Of a stretch of 64,000 bases of DNA, positions 1 through 13,519 are shown piece by piece. A program made the position numbers and the translations under genes. This DNA is from Macrostomum lignano. Its lineage: Eukaryota. A model generated the notes under the pieces. It saw only the letters and a list, made by a program, of their open reading frames with translations. It did no database searches and was not told where the DNA came from. Each line of letters begins with the position of its first letter. Positions within the stretch are counted from its first letter, which is position 1. The stretch spans positions 17,611 to 81,610 of the forward strand of contig NIVC01003704.1 in assembly GCA_002269645.1 (NCBI GenBank). Direction: 5' to 3'.

Positions 1-1068
1 TTTTGGCTTCAGTAATGTACGGCAATCGCATCGGGTATATGCAGCTTAAATTCTCGCAAAAGAAGAATTGATTTGCATTTCACAGCTGGCTACATTATGA
101 ATTTCTCATGTTCCCAAAAACCCGATACAGTCTTACTAAGGTTACTGGGCTTCAATTTTAATCCTCATTCGGCCCCTGTATTGATTTCATTCGGCTGAAA
201 AAAGCAGAAAAAGAAACCAATCAAGTCGGGCAATGCAGATATTCGTCAAGAGCTCCAAGTCTGTGGATGCTGCTTGCTGTTTAGCAATATTTGTACTTTT
301 ATTAGCAAACTCATTTTACCTGCAATGCTTGTTTTAATAGCACACAAAATTGTCCATTCTCGTTAGCAATAAATAAGCCACGTCATTATAGTAAGGCTGC
401 AAAAAGCTCCGTAAGAAGCATGAAATGCAAAACTACAGCCGTGCAGCTGTTGATAGGCTGAAAGTGGAAACTGCTGAAGCGTGAGCTGAGCTCTCTATAG
501 CACTTTTGCCGGGTTGTGCATGTACAGCGCAGCTCAGGAAAGGTATGAAGTGCCAACTCATAGAGGGAGGCACTGGAGAGAGCTAGAATCGATTGAATTT
601 CTGCAGAACTCCTGGAGCATGAATTGCTGATTAGCTGCTTCTGTCCCGGCAGGTGAGACTGCGCTAGGCGAGAGAGTGACATTGCATTGAATTGGCATCA
701 TAGCCTGCATGGGAACATGATGAAGGAGAAACTGGCATTAGATTAGTGAATGGGGATGCTTCTTTGAGGATCGGGGCCGGTTGCTGCTACAAGCTATAGC
801 TGGACCAGTTGCATGACAATGCAGCCTCGCTTTGTCGAGCCTCCGGGCAGTTTGAGATGAAACATTTCCAGCTAAAAACTCATAAAATTTTCTGCGAACG
901 AACTCTGAGAAAGCTGACGCGAATTTCAATTTTATCCAACAAAAAACGAGAAAAAGAGCCCCGAAAAGGAAACACACTTTTCCTTTGAGAGCATGATGTA
1001 TTATTTTTAAAATTATGCTTCTCTAAATTTTATATTTTCTCTACTTTTTTGTCCGTCTTTTCTTACTA

Positions 1069-1174
1069 GTGCCTGTCTGCCTGTCTTCTTAGTTAGCGTC
1101 TGTCTGTCTGTCTGTCTGCCTGCCTGTCTTCTTAGTGTCTGTCTGTCTGTCTGCCTGTCTGCCTGTCTTCATAG

Positions 1175-1215
<41 letters not shown>

Positions 1216-1738
1216 GCCTGTCTTCTTAGTGTCTGTCTGTCTGTTTGTCTGTCTGTCTTCTTAGTGTCTGTCTGTCTGTCTGTTTGTCTGCCTGTCTTCT
1301 TAGTGTCTGTCTGTCTGTCTGTCTGTTTTTCTGCCTGTCTTCTTAGTGCCTATCTGCCTGTCTTCTTAGTGTCTGTCTGTCTGTTTGTCTGTCTGTCTTC
1401 TTAGTGTCTGTCTGTCTGTCTGTCTGTTTGTCTGCCTGTCTTCTAAATGTCTGTCTGTCTGTCTGTCTGTCTGCCTGTCTTCTTAGTGTCTGTCTGTCTG
1501 TCTGCCTGTCTGCCTGTCTTCTTAGTGTCTGTCTGTCTGCCTGTCTTCTTAGTGTCTGTCTGTCTGTCTGTCTGCCTGTCTGCCTGACTTCTTAGTGTCT
1601 GTCTGTCTGCCTGTCTTCTTAGTGCCTAACTGCCTGTCTTCTTAGTGTCTGTCTGTCTGTCTTCTTAGTGTCTGTCTGTCTGTCTGTCTGCCTGTCTTCT
1701 TAGTGTCTGTCTGTCTGCCTGTCTGCCTGTCTTCTTAG

Positions 1739-1819
<81 letters not shown>

Positions 1820-1832
1820 TAGTATCTGTCTG
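1069..1832. repeat. (GTCT)n compound microsatellite with tcttcttagt interruptions
   Basis: Visible directly in the sequence. Confidence 0.95.
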
Positions 1833-2411
1833 TACACGTATCAGCCTTCATCTCTGTTTCCTTCAGCCTCTCCATTTTGGCCTATTCCAGGGTAGGCTGG
1901 CTCGCCATCGCTAATTTTCTTTTTATTCCTGTTTCCTCTCAGCCTGACCTCTACTTACTTGGCTTTTCTTATTTGTTGTTGCTGTCATTGCAATTTGGCG
2001 AATTCATTTTTCTTATCCACCCTCCCTTATTATTGCATTCGGATTTCATCGCTTGTCCCCCCCTCTGTCTGCCCCGCCCCCTCCAAGACTGCTGCCGCTG
2101 CCTCCAGCTCATTGCCATTATGGTGGCTGCTGATTGGTGCCTGGCTCAGGGGCGGAAGCCATAGGCCAAAATAGCTGGGAAAGAGGAGTTGTAGATGGAA
2201 GATTGAGGGGAATATATAGCTGGTGAAGTTTTGGGGGATTGTTCCGATCGATACTCTTGGTAGCTTTACGAGTAGTCTTTGACAACCGTTTTACACTGAC
2301 TGGAAAGGAAAGCTGGCTTACATTTAACTGCCCGTGAGTTCGGTGAGTTGCCTGCTCGATGTTGACAAGTTGCGTTCGGATGAACCAGCGGATATACGCC
2401 AGTCCAGCCCT

Positions 2412-2640
2412 TGAGTCCCGACTCTACCTTATCTCAGGCTGGTGGACTCTCATCTTCTATTCCCGACTCTACCCCATCTCAGGCTGGTGGACTCTCATCT
2501 TCCATTCCCGACCCTACCCCATCTCAGGCTGGTGGACTCTCACCCTCTGAGTCCTGACTCCCCATCTCAGGCTGGTGGACTCTCATCTTCCAGTACCGAC
2601 TCTACTAGATCTCAGACTGGTGGACTATTATCTCTGGTCA
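2412..2640. repeat. 45-bp tandem repeat, about 5 copies (core tctcaggctggtggactctc)
   Basis: Core recurs at about 2434, 2479, 2524, 2567 and 2612. Confidence 0.85.
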
Positions 2641-3897
2641 AACTTCTTCCTACCCTCAAGAGTCGCGACTGGTCTGCCTCATCTCTGGTCAGACTCCTTC
2701 CTACCCACAGAGTCGCGGCACAAATCGCTGAAATGTTGAACAGTAGCAAATCGAAGCAATCTGAGATCATATTTTTCCTGGAATCAGCTCCCCGCATTCT
2801 GGGAATCTGATACTCTCGATTCAGTAACAGAAATAGGCGGAGGCGGCAGGGAGAAGCGGCTTTGGCTGTCAGTTGCTTCTGTTCGTGCTAAGCGAAATGT
2901 CAGTTGCTTGGCCCTGTTCTGTTGTCTTTTGCGCGCTCCGCTCCGCCAGAATTCCTCTAGTTACACACTCGGCATGGCTGGGAGGCGGTTCTCGTACGCA
3001 GCCAGGCGTGAGAGCATCGGGTGTACAAATCCCGCTTGCCTGATGCGGCTGGGGTCGCACTTCAAGGCTACCGGGGGGGGGGGGCTGGAACGGGCAAGCG
3101 GCACACAGATAAAGCCAATGGGTGAGGATCGGAGGCCTCGTTTCGGTACAGAGAAGTGGCAGGTTCTGTTTTTTCTCTCTAACCCCCCCCCCCTAAGGAG
3201 CTACTTCACCTTGAAGCTTTGGCAAGCTGTGGGGCGGACTTTTAACTCCATCCTCCGCTTACATTTTACGCAGCTGTGCCCCGGCTGGTGTAACTACAGT
3301 CGAACTGGGGTCCCCGATAGACAGCTGATTGGAATTGGCCCAGAAAGGGGACACTGGCCGTGAGGAAACGGGAAGATGGAGAACGCGCTAGGCGAGGAGA
3401 TTTTGTGAGGCTTGAAATATAGGGAACTGTGGCTGCCTAGTTGGGATAATGTTTCTCATTAAGAATCCCACACTGGAGAAAGTGGCAAAGCGCGACTCCG
3501 ATATTGGAGTTCACTCGGGACGAATCCAGTTAGCTTCACGTGCTCAGAGGCAGCCAGAGAGAGGGGGGTTCTCAAGAACAAATCGATTCTCCTCGTTGTT
3601 TTTCTTATCCCAACTCAGAATTGGGGGTTTCTCGGCTGGAAAATGAAGCCAATTTCCTTTTTTGTGGAGGCTGCGTGTGTGCGAAGCGATAGTGTCTTTA
3701 GGATGATTGTTAGCAAAGTTGCGTGTACTTTTGACAGCCTGAGAAGCCGACTGAAACAAGCTGTGAAGGATTCGCAGCTGCCATCTGTTGAGATGCATCA
3801 GGTGCAATACTTGAATTGTTCATGCTGCTTGAGAACTGCTTGAAACTGCTCCGCTGAGATGAGTGCATCTGCTTGCTAGTAGATCTGTGAGTGGGAT

Positions 3898-4802
3898 CTG
3901 ATAGGATAATCTACAGAAAAAATCTGCTGGCTGGGAGAATCTACAGAAAGAATCTGCTGGCTGGGAGAATCTACAGAAAGAATCTGCTAGCTAGGAGAAT
4001 CTACAGAAAGAATCTGCTAGCTAGGAGAATCTACAGAAAGAATCTGCTAGCTAGGAGAATCTACAGAAAGAATCTGCAGGCTGCGAGAATTTACAGAAAG
4101 AATCTGATAGCTAAGAGAATCTACAGAAAGAATCTGATAGCTGGGAGAATCTACAGAAAGAATCTGATAGCTGGGAGAATCTACAGAAAGAATCTGATAG
4201 CTAAGAGAATTTCCAGAAAGAATCTGATAGCTGGGAGAATCTACAGAAAGAATATGATAGCTAAGAGAATTTACAGAAAGAATCTGATAGCTGGGAGAAT
4301 CTACAGAAAGAATCTGATAGCTGGGAGAATCTACAGAAAGAATCTGATAGCTAAGAGAATCTACAGAAAGAATCTGATAGCTAAGAGAATCTACAGAAAG
4401 AATCTGATAGCTGGGAGAATCTACAGAAAGAATCTGATAGCTGGGAGAATCTACAGAAAGAATCTGATAGCTGGGAGAATCTACAGAAAGAATCTGATAG
4501 CTAAGAGAATTTCCAGAAAGAATCTGATAGCTGGGAGAATCTACAGAAAGAATCTGATAGCTAAGAGAATTTACAGAAAGAATCTGATAGCTGGGAGAAT
4601 CTACAGAAAGAATCTGATAGCTAAGAGAATCTACAGAAAGAATCTGATAGCTAAGAGAATCTACAGAAAGAATCTGATAGCTGGGAGAATCTACAGAAAG
4701 AATCTGATAGCTGGGAGAATCTACAGAAAGAATCTGATAGCTAAGAGAATCTACAGAAAGAATCTGATAGCTAAGAGAATCTACAGAAGGAATCTGCAGG
4801 CT
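3898..4802. repeat. 30-bp minisatellite (gagaatctacagaaagaatctgatagctgg), about 30 copies
   Basis: Visible directly; explains the RIYRKNLIAG pseudo-ORF. Confidence 0.97.
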
Positions 4803-5530
4803 TAAGAAACTGCCGGGAGGCATTGCCTGTTTTAACTGCAGCAAAAATATTCAAACCAATCTGGCGCGACAGTCTGCCATCTCAAGCAGAAATCTACTTA
4901 AATAAAAGAAAAAAACTAGGTCACGCAGTCAATACCAGATTAGCCAGCCGAATTAGGAATAATATTTTGTTTTGCTCTGCTAACCCCCCCGGACTCCTCA
5001 GAGTCCTGGCCGGCATCTTGAATCTGCAGGCCCAGCACAAGTGTGGTATTTCGCTTCGGCGAGATCCTCACAGCTACCTGAAATATTGATGAGGCTACAG
5101 GGCGGCCCAATCTATCGGAAAACTCAGCACTACCCGCACAGTTCAGAGGCAGAATTTCGCTGGGCCACTATCCTATACTAGTATACCAGGGTCAGTATAC
5201 TGTGCTGCGGGACCTCATTCTGAGGAATAAAATCCTCGAGCTGCTTCGAATGAGCCCAAAAAGTTTTCTGTCCCTCCCTCCCTCTGCGAGGGCTCAAATA
5301 AATCCCCCCATGCCAGTCCCGAAATCCCAGAAACTGATAGAGAAATAGAAAAACTATAATTTAATCCCCTCGCTAAGCTGGAGGCTGACGGGCTGGGAAG
5401 CTGCCGAATAATGGAGATGGGGATCAGGGGATCGAGGCGTGCCGCCGGATATTGTATTTTATGGCGGCTTTGGCGACCGGCTCTTTTAAATCCCCATTTT
5501 CTAATCATCATAGATCACTTCGTCATCCAT

Positions 5531-5780
5531 CCCATCTGTGTCCGATCTCTATCCCATCTGTGTCCGATCTCTATCCCATCTGTGTCCGATCTCTATCCGA
5601 TCTCTATCCGATCTCTATCCGATCTCTATCCGATCTGTATCTGATCTCTATCCGATCTGTATCCGAACTCTATCCGATCTGTATCTGATCTCTATCCGAT
5701 CTTTATCCGATCTCTATCCGATCTCTATCCGATCTTTATCCGATGTCTATCCGATCTCAATCCAATCTATATCCGATCCA
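5531..5780. repeat. 11-bp minisatellite (ccgatctctat), short array
   Basis: Visible directly. Confidence 0.92.
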
Positions 5781-6516
5781 TATCATTGTTTTTTCTCTAA
5801 CTGTGTGAAATAATTCTAGAACTTTTTGGAATTTATTTACCTGATTTCTAAGCTAAACTAACAGTAATTTTTATCAAGCACACAAATGGCTTTCCAATAT
5901 CAGCTGGCCCCAAGTCTGATAGGCAGCCGCAAAAGTGCACACGCTGTATACCCAGGGGACTCGCCGAAGGTTGCAACTCCAGCAGCTCCCAGCAGTCAAG
6001 CGCCGTCATCCTACTTGAGGAGCATAGCAACTGTCGATTGCTATTTTATAGGCCAAGCAAAAATTTGCGGTAGAACTGAACAACTTCGACCAACAAGGCA
6101 CAGCTCAGTAGTTCATGAGTTGCGATAAAAGTGCATCCCTGCTCACCCCCTCTCGCTTGAGCGCTCAACTTCCCGCTGCTAAGAGCCTAAAGGACGGGCA
6201 GCTATCAGTCTGCGGAACATGCAATATTTCTACTGCTATCTGCTTATTAAAAGCAGCAATAAACCAATAAAAGTACAAATTCCAATCGAGTCTTATGGAG
6301 AAAATTTTCGACTCATATTTCGGACCGGACATCAAATCTGTTTGCTATGCTGCGCTACGGCTCGCGAATTTTGCAGCTTGATCAAAGAGTTTTTCTCTGC
6401 CCGTAGCAACAAATGAGGACGGCAACGATCAATAAGCAAGCACTTTATCGACGCTGCGGCCAAGGACCACTAGACAATAGTAACTGGACGGGAATATAAC
6501 ATTGCTGAGCGCGATC

Positions 6517-7706
6517 ATATCCAATCTCTATCTGATTTCTATTTGATCTCTAACCAATATTTATCCAATCTCTATACGATCTCTATCTGATTTCTATCCG
6601 ATCTCTATCTGATCTGTATCCGATCTGTATCCGATCTCTATCTGATCTCTATCCGATCTCTATCCGATGTCTATCTGATCTCTTATCCGATGTCTATACG
6701 ATGTCTATCCGATCTCTATCCGATCACTATCTGATTTCTATCCGATCTCTATCCGATCTCTATCCGATCTCTATCTGATCTCTATCCGATCTCTATCGGA
6801 TCTCTATCCGATCTCTATCGGATCTCTATCCGATCCCTATCCGATCTTTGTCCGATCTCTATCCGATCTCTATCGGATCTCTATCTGATCTCTATCCGAT
6901 CTCTATCCGATCTCTATCTAATCTCTATCCGATCTCTATCTAATCTTTATCCGATCTCTATCCGATCTCTATCGGATCTCTATCCGATCTCTATCCGATC
7001 TCTATCCGATCTCTATCCGATCTCTATCCGATTTCTATCCGATCTCTATCCGATCTCTATCCGATCTCTATCGGATCTCTATCCGATCTCTATCCGATCT
7101 CTATCCGATCTCTATCCGATCTCTATCCGATTTCTATCCGATCTCTATCCGATCTCTATCCGATCTCTATCCGATCTCTATCCGATCTCTATCCGATCTC
7201 TATCCGATCTCTATCCGAACTCTATCCGATCTGTATCTGATCTCTATCCGATCTCTATCCGATCTCTATCCGATCTCTATCTAATCTCTATCCGATCTCT
7301 ATCCGATCTCTATCCGATCTCTATCCGATCTCTATCCGATCTCTATCCGATCCCTATCCGATCTTTGTCCGATCTCTATCTGATCTCTATCGGATCTCTA
7401 TCTGATCTCTATCCGATCTCTATCCGATCTCTATCTAATCTCTATCCGATCTCTATCTAATCTCTATCCGATCTCTATCCGATCTCTATCGGATCTCTAT
7501 CCGATCTCTATCCGATCTCTATCCGATCTCTATCCGATCTCTATCCGATCCCTATCCGATCTTTGTCCGATCTCTATCTGATGTCTATCCGATCTCTATC
7601 CGATCTCTATCGGATCTCTATCCGATCTCTATCCGATCTCTATCCGATCTCTATCCGATCCCTATCCGATCTTTGTCCGATCTCTATCTGATGTCTATCC
7701 GATCTC
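6517..7706. repeat. 11-bp minisatellite (ccgatctctat), long array
   Basis: Same unit as 5531-5780. Confidence 0.97.
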
Positions 7707-9059
7707 AGACTTTCCAACTATTTTCTTGTTAACTTTTCATACATCGGCCGGCACAAACGGGCACAAAGACAAAAAAATCAAATATAAAAGATTGCAGTAA
7801 TTTTATATGAGTTGATATTAAAGCTTTCAAAAAATATTTGAAAAAATGTTAAACTATTGTTAATTTTTTCATTTCGAGCTAAGGATTTTGCAGCAGTCTA
7901 CTTACATAGTAGTGTAAACAGTAAAGCGCTTCTTTATAAGGCTGTATAAAAATCACTATTTTAGCAAGTTTTAACGATAGTTTCAAGGGTCTAAAATGCT
8001 ACTAATTTGCTACACAGATAACGATAGCTATACAGACGTATTGCAATATTTTCTCCCATATCCCGTCGCAGCTACCAATGCGGATATGCCCCCATCATTC
8101 TTGCCCTTCTTTGTCCTTCTGCCAGACCGCGTCTGCAGGATGATGTGGAAGGAATCCCATTTTGGGAAGTATAGCTGGACCTTAACAGCCGTGCGGCTTC
8201 TGAACTCCCCCTTGCATCTTTTCTCCCGTTTCTTTCTCTCTCCTATACATCCCAATTTGTAGTCGGTTGGAAGAATGCGAGGCAAAGCAAAGCTAAAGAA
8301 GATCAGAGGGTAACAATGCACTCTGTATGCTTAAATTTACGACCGATTTTACAAGCTTGGAAGTAATAGAAAGCAAGAAATGCGGATTTGCAAAGAAGCG
8401 ATAGAGGGCATTAAATCCTCAGCTGCTGTTCCGTTTGTTGCCCCCGAAAAATCTCCCCTTTTGCGCTGTGATTGGGAAAGGGGTGGATTTTGAATCCGAT
8501 CCAGGGCCGCCTCCCCCCACCGCAATCTCCCACACGATCGCGGCGCGACAACTCCGCTTAATCCGGTCGCATTTTCCCAGCAGTCGGATTTCATAGGAAT
8601 AATCCTAGCCTAGCCCCGCCTCCCTCCCCCAGCCTCACCCCACATCAGACACGGGACGGCAATAGTGATGCTGGGGCAAATGATGAGGCGGGAACTGCCA
8701 TGCAAACAACATTCTTCGTTTCTCGGTAGCTTCGCTGAATCGTCTTTTGAGATGCGGATCGAGGGATGAAGGAGGATTCTGTGGGGCAGAGATGGAGAAA
8801 GGAAAGACAGACATTCGGCAAAATTCAGCAGCTCAGAGCGCGGGCTGAATTGTAAATTCGTCAGATTCTCAGTTTTCGCTAGTGAATGGAGGTTAAGAAT
8901 TCGAAATTGGTCAGACAGGGATTATTGACTGGGCTTCGGGACGGAATTGGCGCATGCGGGTCACTTCTCTTTTTTTGTATTAATTGCTTTGAAAATATGC
9001 TTTCTTTCAAGGATTGCATGCAGAGTATTTGTAGTAGAGATATGGAGAGAGAGATAACG

Positions 9060-9362
9060 AAGAGATAGCGGTGGAAGTAGAATAGATAGGAGTGAGGAGT
9101 AGAAGAGATAGCAGTGGGGAGTAGAAGAGATAGGGGTGGGGAGTAGAAGAGATAGCAGTGGGGAGTAGAAGAGATAGCAGTGGGGAGTAGAAGAGATAGG
9201 GGTGGGGAGTAGAAGAGATTGGGGTGGGTGGGGAGTAGAAGAGATAGCGGTGGGGAGTATAAGAGATAGCGGTGGGGAGTAGAAGAGATTGGGGTGGGTG
9301 GGGAGTAGAAGAGATAGGGGTGGGGAGTAGAAGAGATAGCGGTGGGGAATAGTAGAAGAGAA
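9060..9362. repeat. 22-26-bp purine-rich minisatellite (gagtagaagagatagcggtggg)
   Basis: Visible directly. Confidence 0.92.
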
Positions 9363-9837
9363 TAAGGACAACAGAGCCCTAGAAGCAGTAAAAATTGCAT
9401 ATATAGATCAGTGCATACAGTGCTGAATTCTGAAATCGTTGAGTTAAATCCAGCGCCCAGTTAATAATGATGCACCAGAGCGAAAATCCTGCCGCATGCA
9501 AATGAGCCGGGCTGGCGAGCAGCGCTGAGCTGTGATAGAGCAATTTTCTGTATTCTGAACTCTGTCAAAAATGGAAGGTGCGAGGTCCAGGGGAGCTAGC
9601 GGTTCCGCTGTTGATCGATGAGAGTCATTTCCGCATCTCCACCCGCTCCCCCTGGTTTCCCTGACAACGAACAATTCGAGGTTCTCACGGAGGGTGTCGG
9701 GGTGGGGGAGGATTTTGCCACCAAATTTCCCTCCCGAGGAAGGGGAAGGCGCAAATTATGGATCGCGGGTTGGTGCGGCTCTGTTCCGCTTGGGAGCTTC
9801 GCGGGCGACGAGTAATTATGGCTTACTGAAATAAAAT

Positions 9838-10460
9838 GGAGATGGATACAGATTAGACACGAGATAGATACAGATTAGACACGAGATGGATACAGAATAG
9901 ACACGAGATAGATACAGATTAGACACGAGATAGATACAGAATAGACACGAGATGGATACAGAATAGACACAAGATAGATACAGAATAGACACGAGATGGA
10001 TACAGAATAGACACAAGATAGATACAGAATAGACACGAGATGGATACAGAATAGACACAAGATGGATACAGAAGAGACACGAGATAGATATAGAATAGAC
10101 ACGAGATAGATACAGAATAGACACGAGATAGATATAGAATAGACACAAGATAGATACAGAATAGACACGAGATGGATACAGAATAGACACGAGATGGATA
10201 CAGAATAGACACAAGATGGATACAGAATAGACACGAGATAGATACAGAATAGACACGAGATAGATATAGAATAGACACAAGATAGATACAGAATAGACAC
10301 GAGATGGATACAGATTAGACACGAGATGGATACAGATTAGACACGAGATAGATATAGAATAGACACAAGATAGATACAGAATAGACACGAGATGGATACA
10401 GAATAGACACAAGATGGATACAGAATAGACACAAGATGGATACAGATTAGATAGGATATA
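9838..10460. repeat. 22-bp minisatellite (gatggatacagaatagacacga)
   Basis: Visible directly. Confidence 0.96.
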
Positions 10461-11106
10461 GATCAACAGTTGATACAGGATAGATAGAGAATAGATGTGA
10501 GACACACAGACAATGGACACGAGATCTATAGTAAAAATATATGGAGATCAATTGAGATCCAAGAAAGTCGAGACATTTTTGCGTGATTTTCTGCAAATAT
10601 CGATTTTTTTCATGTCGGGTCACGGGGGCTCCCTTCAGCTCGCAAAGCAAAAAAGAAAATTGTAGAACACATCTGCCTCAAGGAGAGAATTTTTGCTCAA
10701 GCAAAAAAGGAGCCAGGTAGACAAAAAAGCACCGCTAGCTAAGCTGCTTTTTTTCTCGCCAAAGCAAGGCATGCAAAAGCAGGCAAGTGGAGCGGCCATT
10801 TTTCATAAAACAGGCGACCCAACAACTGTCAGCTATTGCAATCAAAGAGGGAGAGAGAGAGAGAGGGTACACGAAGAAGAAAGTCCACTGCTGAACCGGT
10901 CCAAGTCCAACTCCTCTCTCTGTTTCCCCATTGCAGCAACAGCCAGGCTATAAGGTGTGTCGCAGTCGGCGTCCCACCCAAAACCGGTCCTGCTAGACGG
11001 TTCTACGCACCCCCCGCCCTATCCTGTTGGATTCCTTCCCATTCTCCGCTCTGCCCCCGCTGCTACCCTCCTCCTCCCCCCTGTCGTCTCCCGTCCCCTC
11101 CTCTGC

Positions 11107-12169
11107 ATGGCCTCCCCCCGGCGCAGCGGGGCCAGGCGGGCCACTGTACACGCCGAGAGCCGCGGCCAGCTGCTGTTGGCCGGCCGAGGTCACGGCGACG
11201 ACGGCTCCGACGAATTTGATTTGTATTGGCGCCTGGCCAATCGCCCCGCCGCTGCCGCCGCCGCTACCGGAGGATTAAGACCGGCCGCGGAAGAGCGAGT
11301 GGGCGAGTGGGTCCAGGACTTGCAGCAGGCCACGGCATCGGCGGCATCGGCTGAAGCGGCCCCGACGGCGGCAGACAGGAAGCAGCAGCTACAGCTACAG
11401 CAGCCTCAGCAGCAACTCTGCAGGCACAACCGCTCGGCTTCCTGCAGGCACAACAGGAGGCGTTCGGCGTTTCCCGAGTCCACAGCTTCGGTAGCGGCCA
11501 ACGCATTCGCCACTTCATCAGCTGCGGCAGCAGCGGCGGCGGCTTCAACCGCAGAGGCACCAGCCGAGGAATCTGACAGGCCCCGAGCCAACAGCATGTC
11601 CGGCCGGCGGCTGCATGGCAGCGTCAAGGAGCGGATGGGCGGTCCGCGCGAAGGTGAAACTCTGGAGCTGCCGGAGCCGCGGGAGCAGCTGGTCAGGGTG
11701 CGCAGCTTCAAACGGACGAAGCACGGCCTGGTGAACCAGGGCGACGAGGTGCGCAAAGCTCGCAGCAACTGCAGCTTGAATAACAGCTCCGCCGGAGGCA
11801 GCGAGCTGGAACTCCGGCCGGCTCAGCAGCCTCAGCAGCAGCCGCAGACGGCCTTCATGGAGGTGCCAGCGGTAGCCATCGGGTCAGGGGGCTCCGACTC
11901 TCGACTGCACCAGCAGCTCCAGCAGCAGGACAGGCGGCGCAGCAGCTCGGCGGCCTCTGGCGGAGCCGGCAGCGTCGGCAACTGCGGCTGCGCGGCTGAA
12001 GGCGGCGCGGCCGCTCCGCCGGTGAGCGCGGTGCCCATCCTGTACACCCTGCCGTCCTGCAGTCCCTGCCAGTCCTACAGAGTGCAGGTGATGGGCGCGC
12101 CGCGAGTTGGCAAGACAACAATGTGCGAACAGTTCATGTCCTCGGAGAACAAAGTGCTGGATTCGACTG
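11107..12169 (+). CDS. Rgk: RGK-family small GTPase, coding exon 1 (long Ala/Gln-rich N-terminal extension plus G1 P-loop)
   Basis: ATG at 11107 is the first ATG in the long ORF (in-frame TAA at 10951; candidate acceptor ttgcag at 10936). Encodes YRVQVMGAPRVGKT (GxxxxGKT). Donor G|GTGAGC at 12170, phase 1. Confidence 0.85.
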
Positions 12170-12310
12170 GTGAGCAGTGCGCGAGTCCTGAATGCTGGCG
12201 TGCCAATATAGCCACTGCTAATGCGTGAAAGCAGAAACCCTCGAGCAGTTGCGTAAAAGTGCTTAATGCATTTTTTAAGTAATAAAGCACCTTTTAGACT
12301 AACTGCAACC

Positions 12311-12785
12311 TGTCCCCATACCGAGGCCTGTCCCCACACCGAGACATGTCCCCACACCGAGGCCTACTGTCCCCACACCGAGGCCTACTGTCCCCACACT
12401 GAGGCCTACTGTCCCCACACCGAGGCCTACTGTCCCCACACCGAGGCCTACTGTCCCCACAATGAGGCCTACTGTCCCCACACTGAGGCCTACTGTCCCC
12501 ACACCGAGGCCTACTGTCCCCACACCGAGGCCTACTGTCCCCACACCGAGGCCTACTGTCCCCACACCGAGGCCTACTGTCCCCACACCGAGGCCTGTCC
12601 CCACACCGAGGCCTACTGTCCCCACACCGATGCCTACTGTCCCCACACCGTGACTTTCCCCACACCGAGGCCTACTGTCCCCACACCGATGCCTACTGTC
12701 CCCACACCGTGACTTTCCCCACACCGAGGCCTACTGTCCCCACACCGTAAATGTCCCCACACCGTAACGTGTCCCCACACCAAGG
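12311..12785. repeat. 21-bp minisatellite (gaggcctactgtccccacacc) in RGK intron 1
   Basis: Visible directly. Confidence 0.96.
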
Positions 12786-13519
12786 CCTGTTTTTCTGCTT
12801 ACTAACAACAGTACAATAAGACGGCAAGTCAGTCAATTTTTGCTTCTCAACTAAAGTACAATCGCACAGATTGACAACTCGCTAGCAGATTGAGCTACTA
12901 AGCACAGCTAGGGATTTAGAAGCCACTACTAGCTGCTAAGCTGGAGTGCTGAAAGTGGAGAGGAGAAGCGGAGGCAAAATTGAAGGATTCGTGAAATGGA
13001 ACTTGCTAAATACGCAACACACCAAATAGCTGAGACCTGCTCCCCAGCTCTCTTCCCTTCCTCCCTGTCTCCCTCTTGCCTGGCCATCCGAGTGGAAGAG
13101 AAAAATCGGGGGGGGGGGGGGTTCCCTAGAAGCAGCTCGCTTGCGGAGGAGACACTGAATGGCTTCGACTTCTGCAGGTCGAGATCTAGAGGAAAAGTTT
13201 CCCACAGGGCACCAGCAGCAGCAGCAGCAGCAGCAGGACGCCTGACAAAATCCCACGCCAAAGTGAAGAGGATATCGCTGCATCGTCGGGTTGGGAGAAT
13301 TATCCTGCATTGGTGGACCTCCGGAGAGCTGCCCCCCCCCCCGGCTGAGGGCATTAATAATTTAACAAATAACCGCCGGGCCTCAGGCCAAGGAGAACTT
13401 CCATGGGAATCTGGAGTTAGCAACTCTTCATCAACTAGGCGAGTTTATGCAACTGCTGGATTCAACCAATGCTTGTAAGCCAGGTATCATTAAAAACCCT
13501 TAATTCTGGATTTTGAAAC

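Noticed and set aside
386-977. Short minus-strand ORFs at the window start, and similar ORFs in 1877-3843, 7996-8594 and 33599-34095
   Set aside because: No recognisable domains or consistent splice framework. They may be degenerate dispersed repeats, but I cannot support a call.
10957-11106. GTG start of the 423-aa track ORF and its read-through to 12228
   Set aside because: Eukaryotic spliced gene: ATG 11107 is preferred, and the ORF tail after 12169 is intron sequence.
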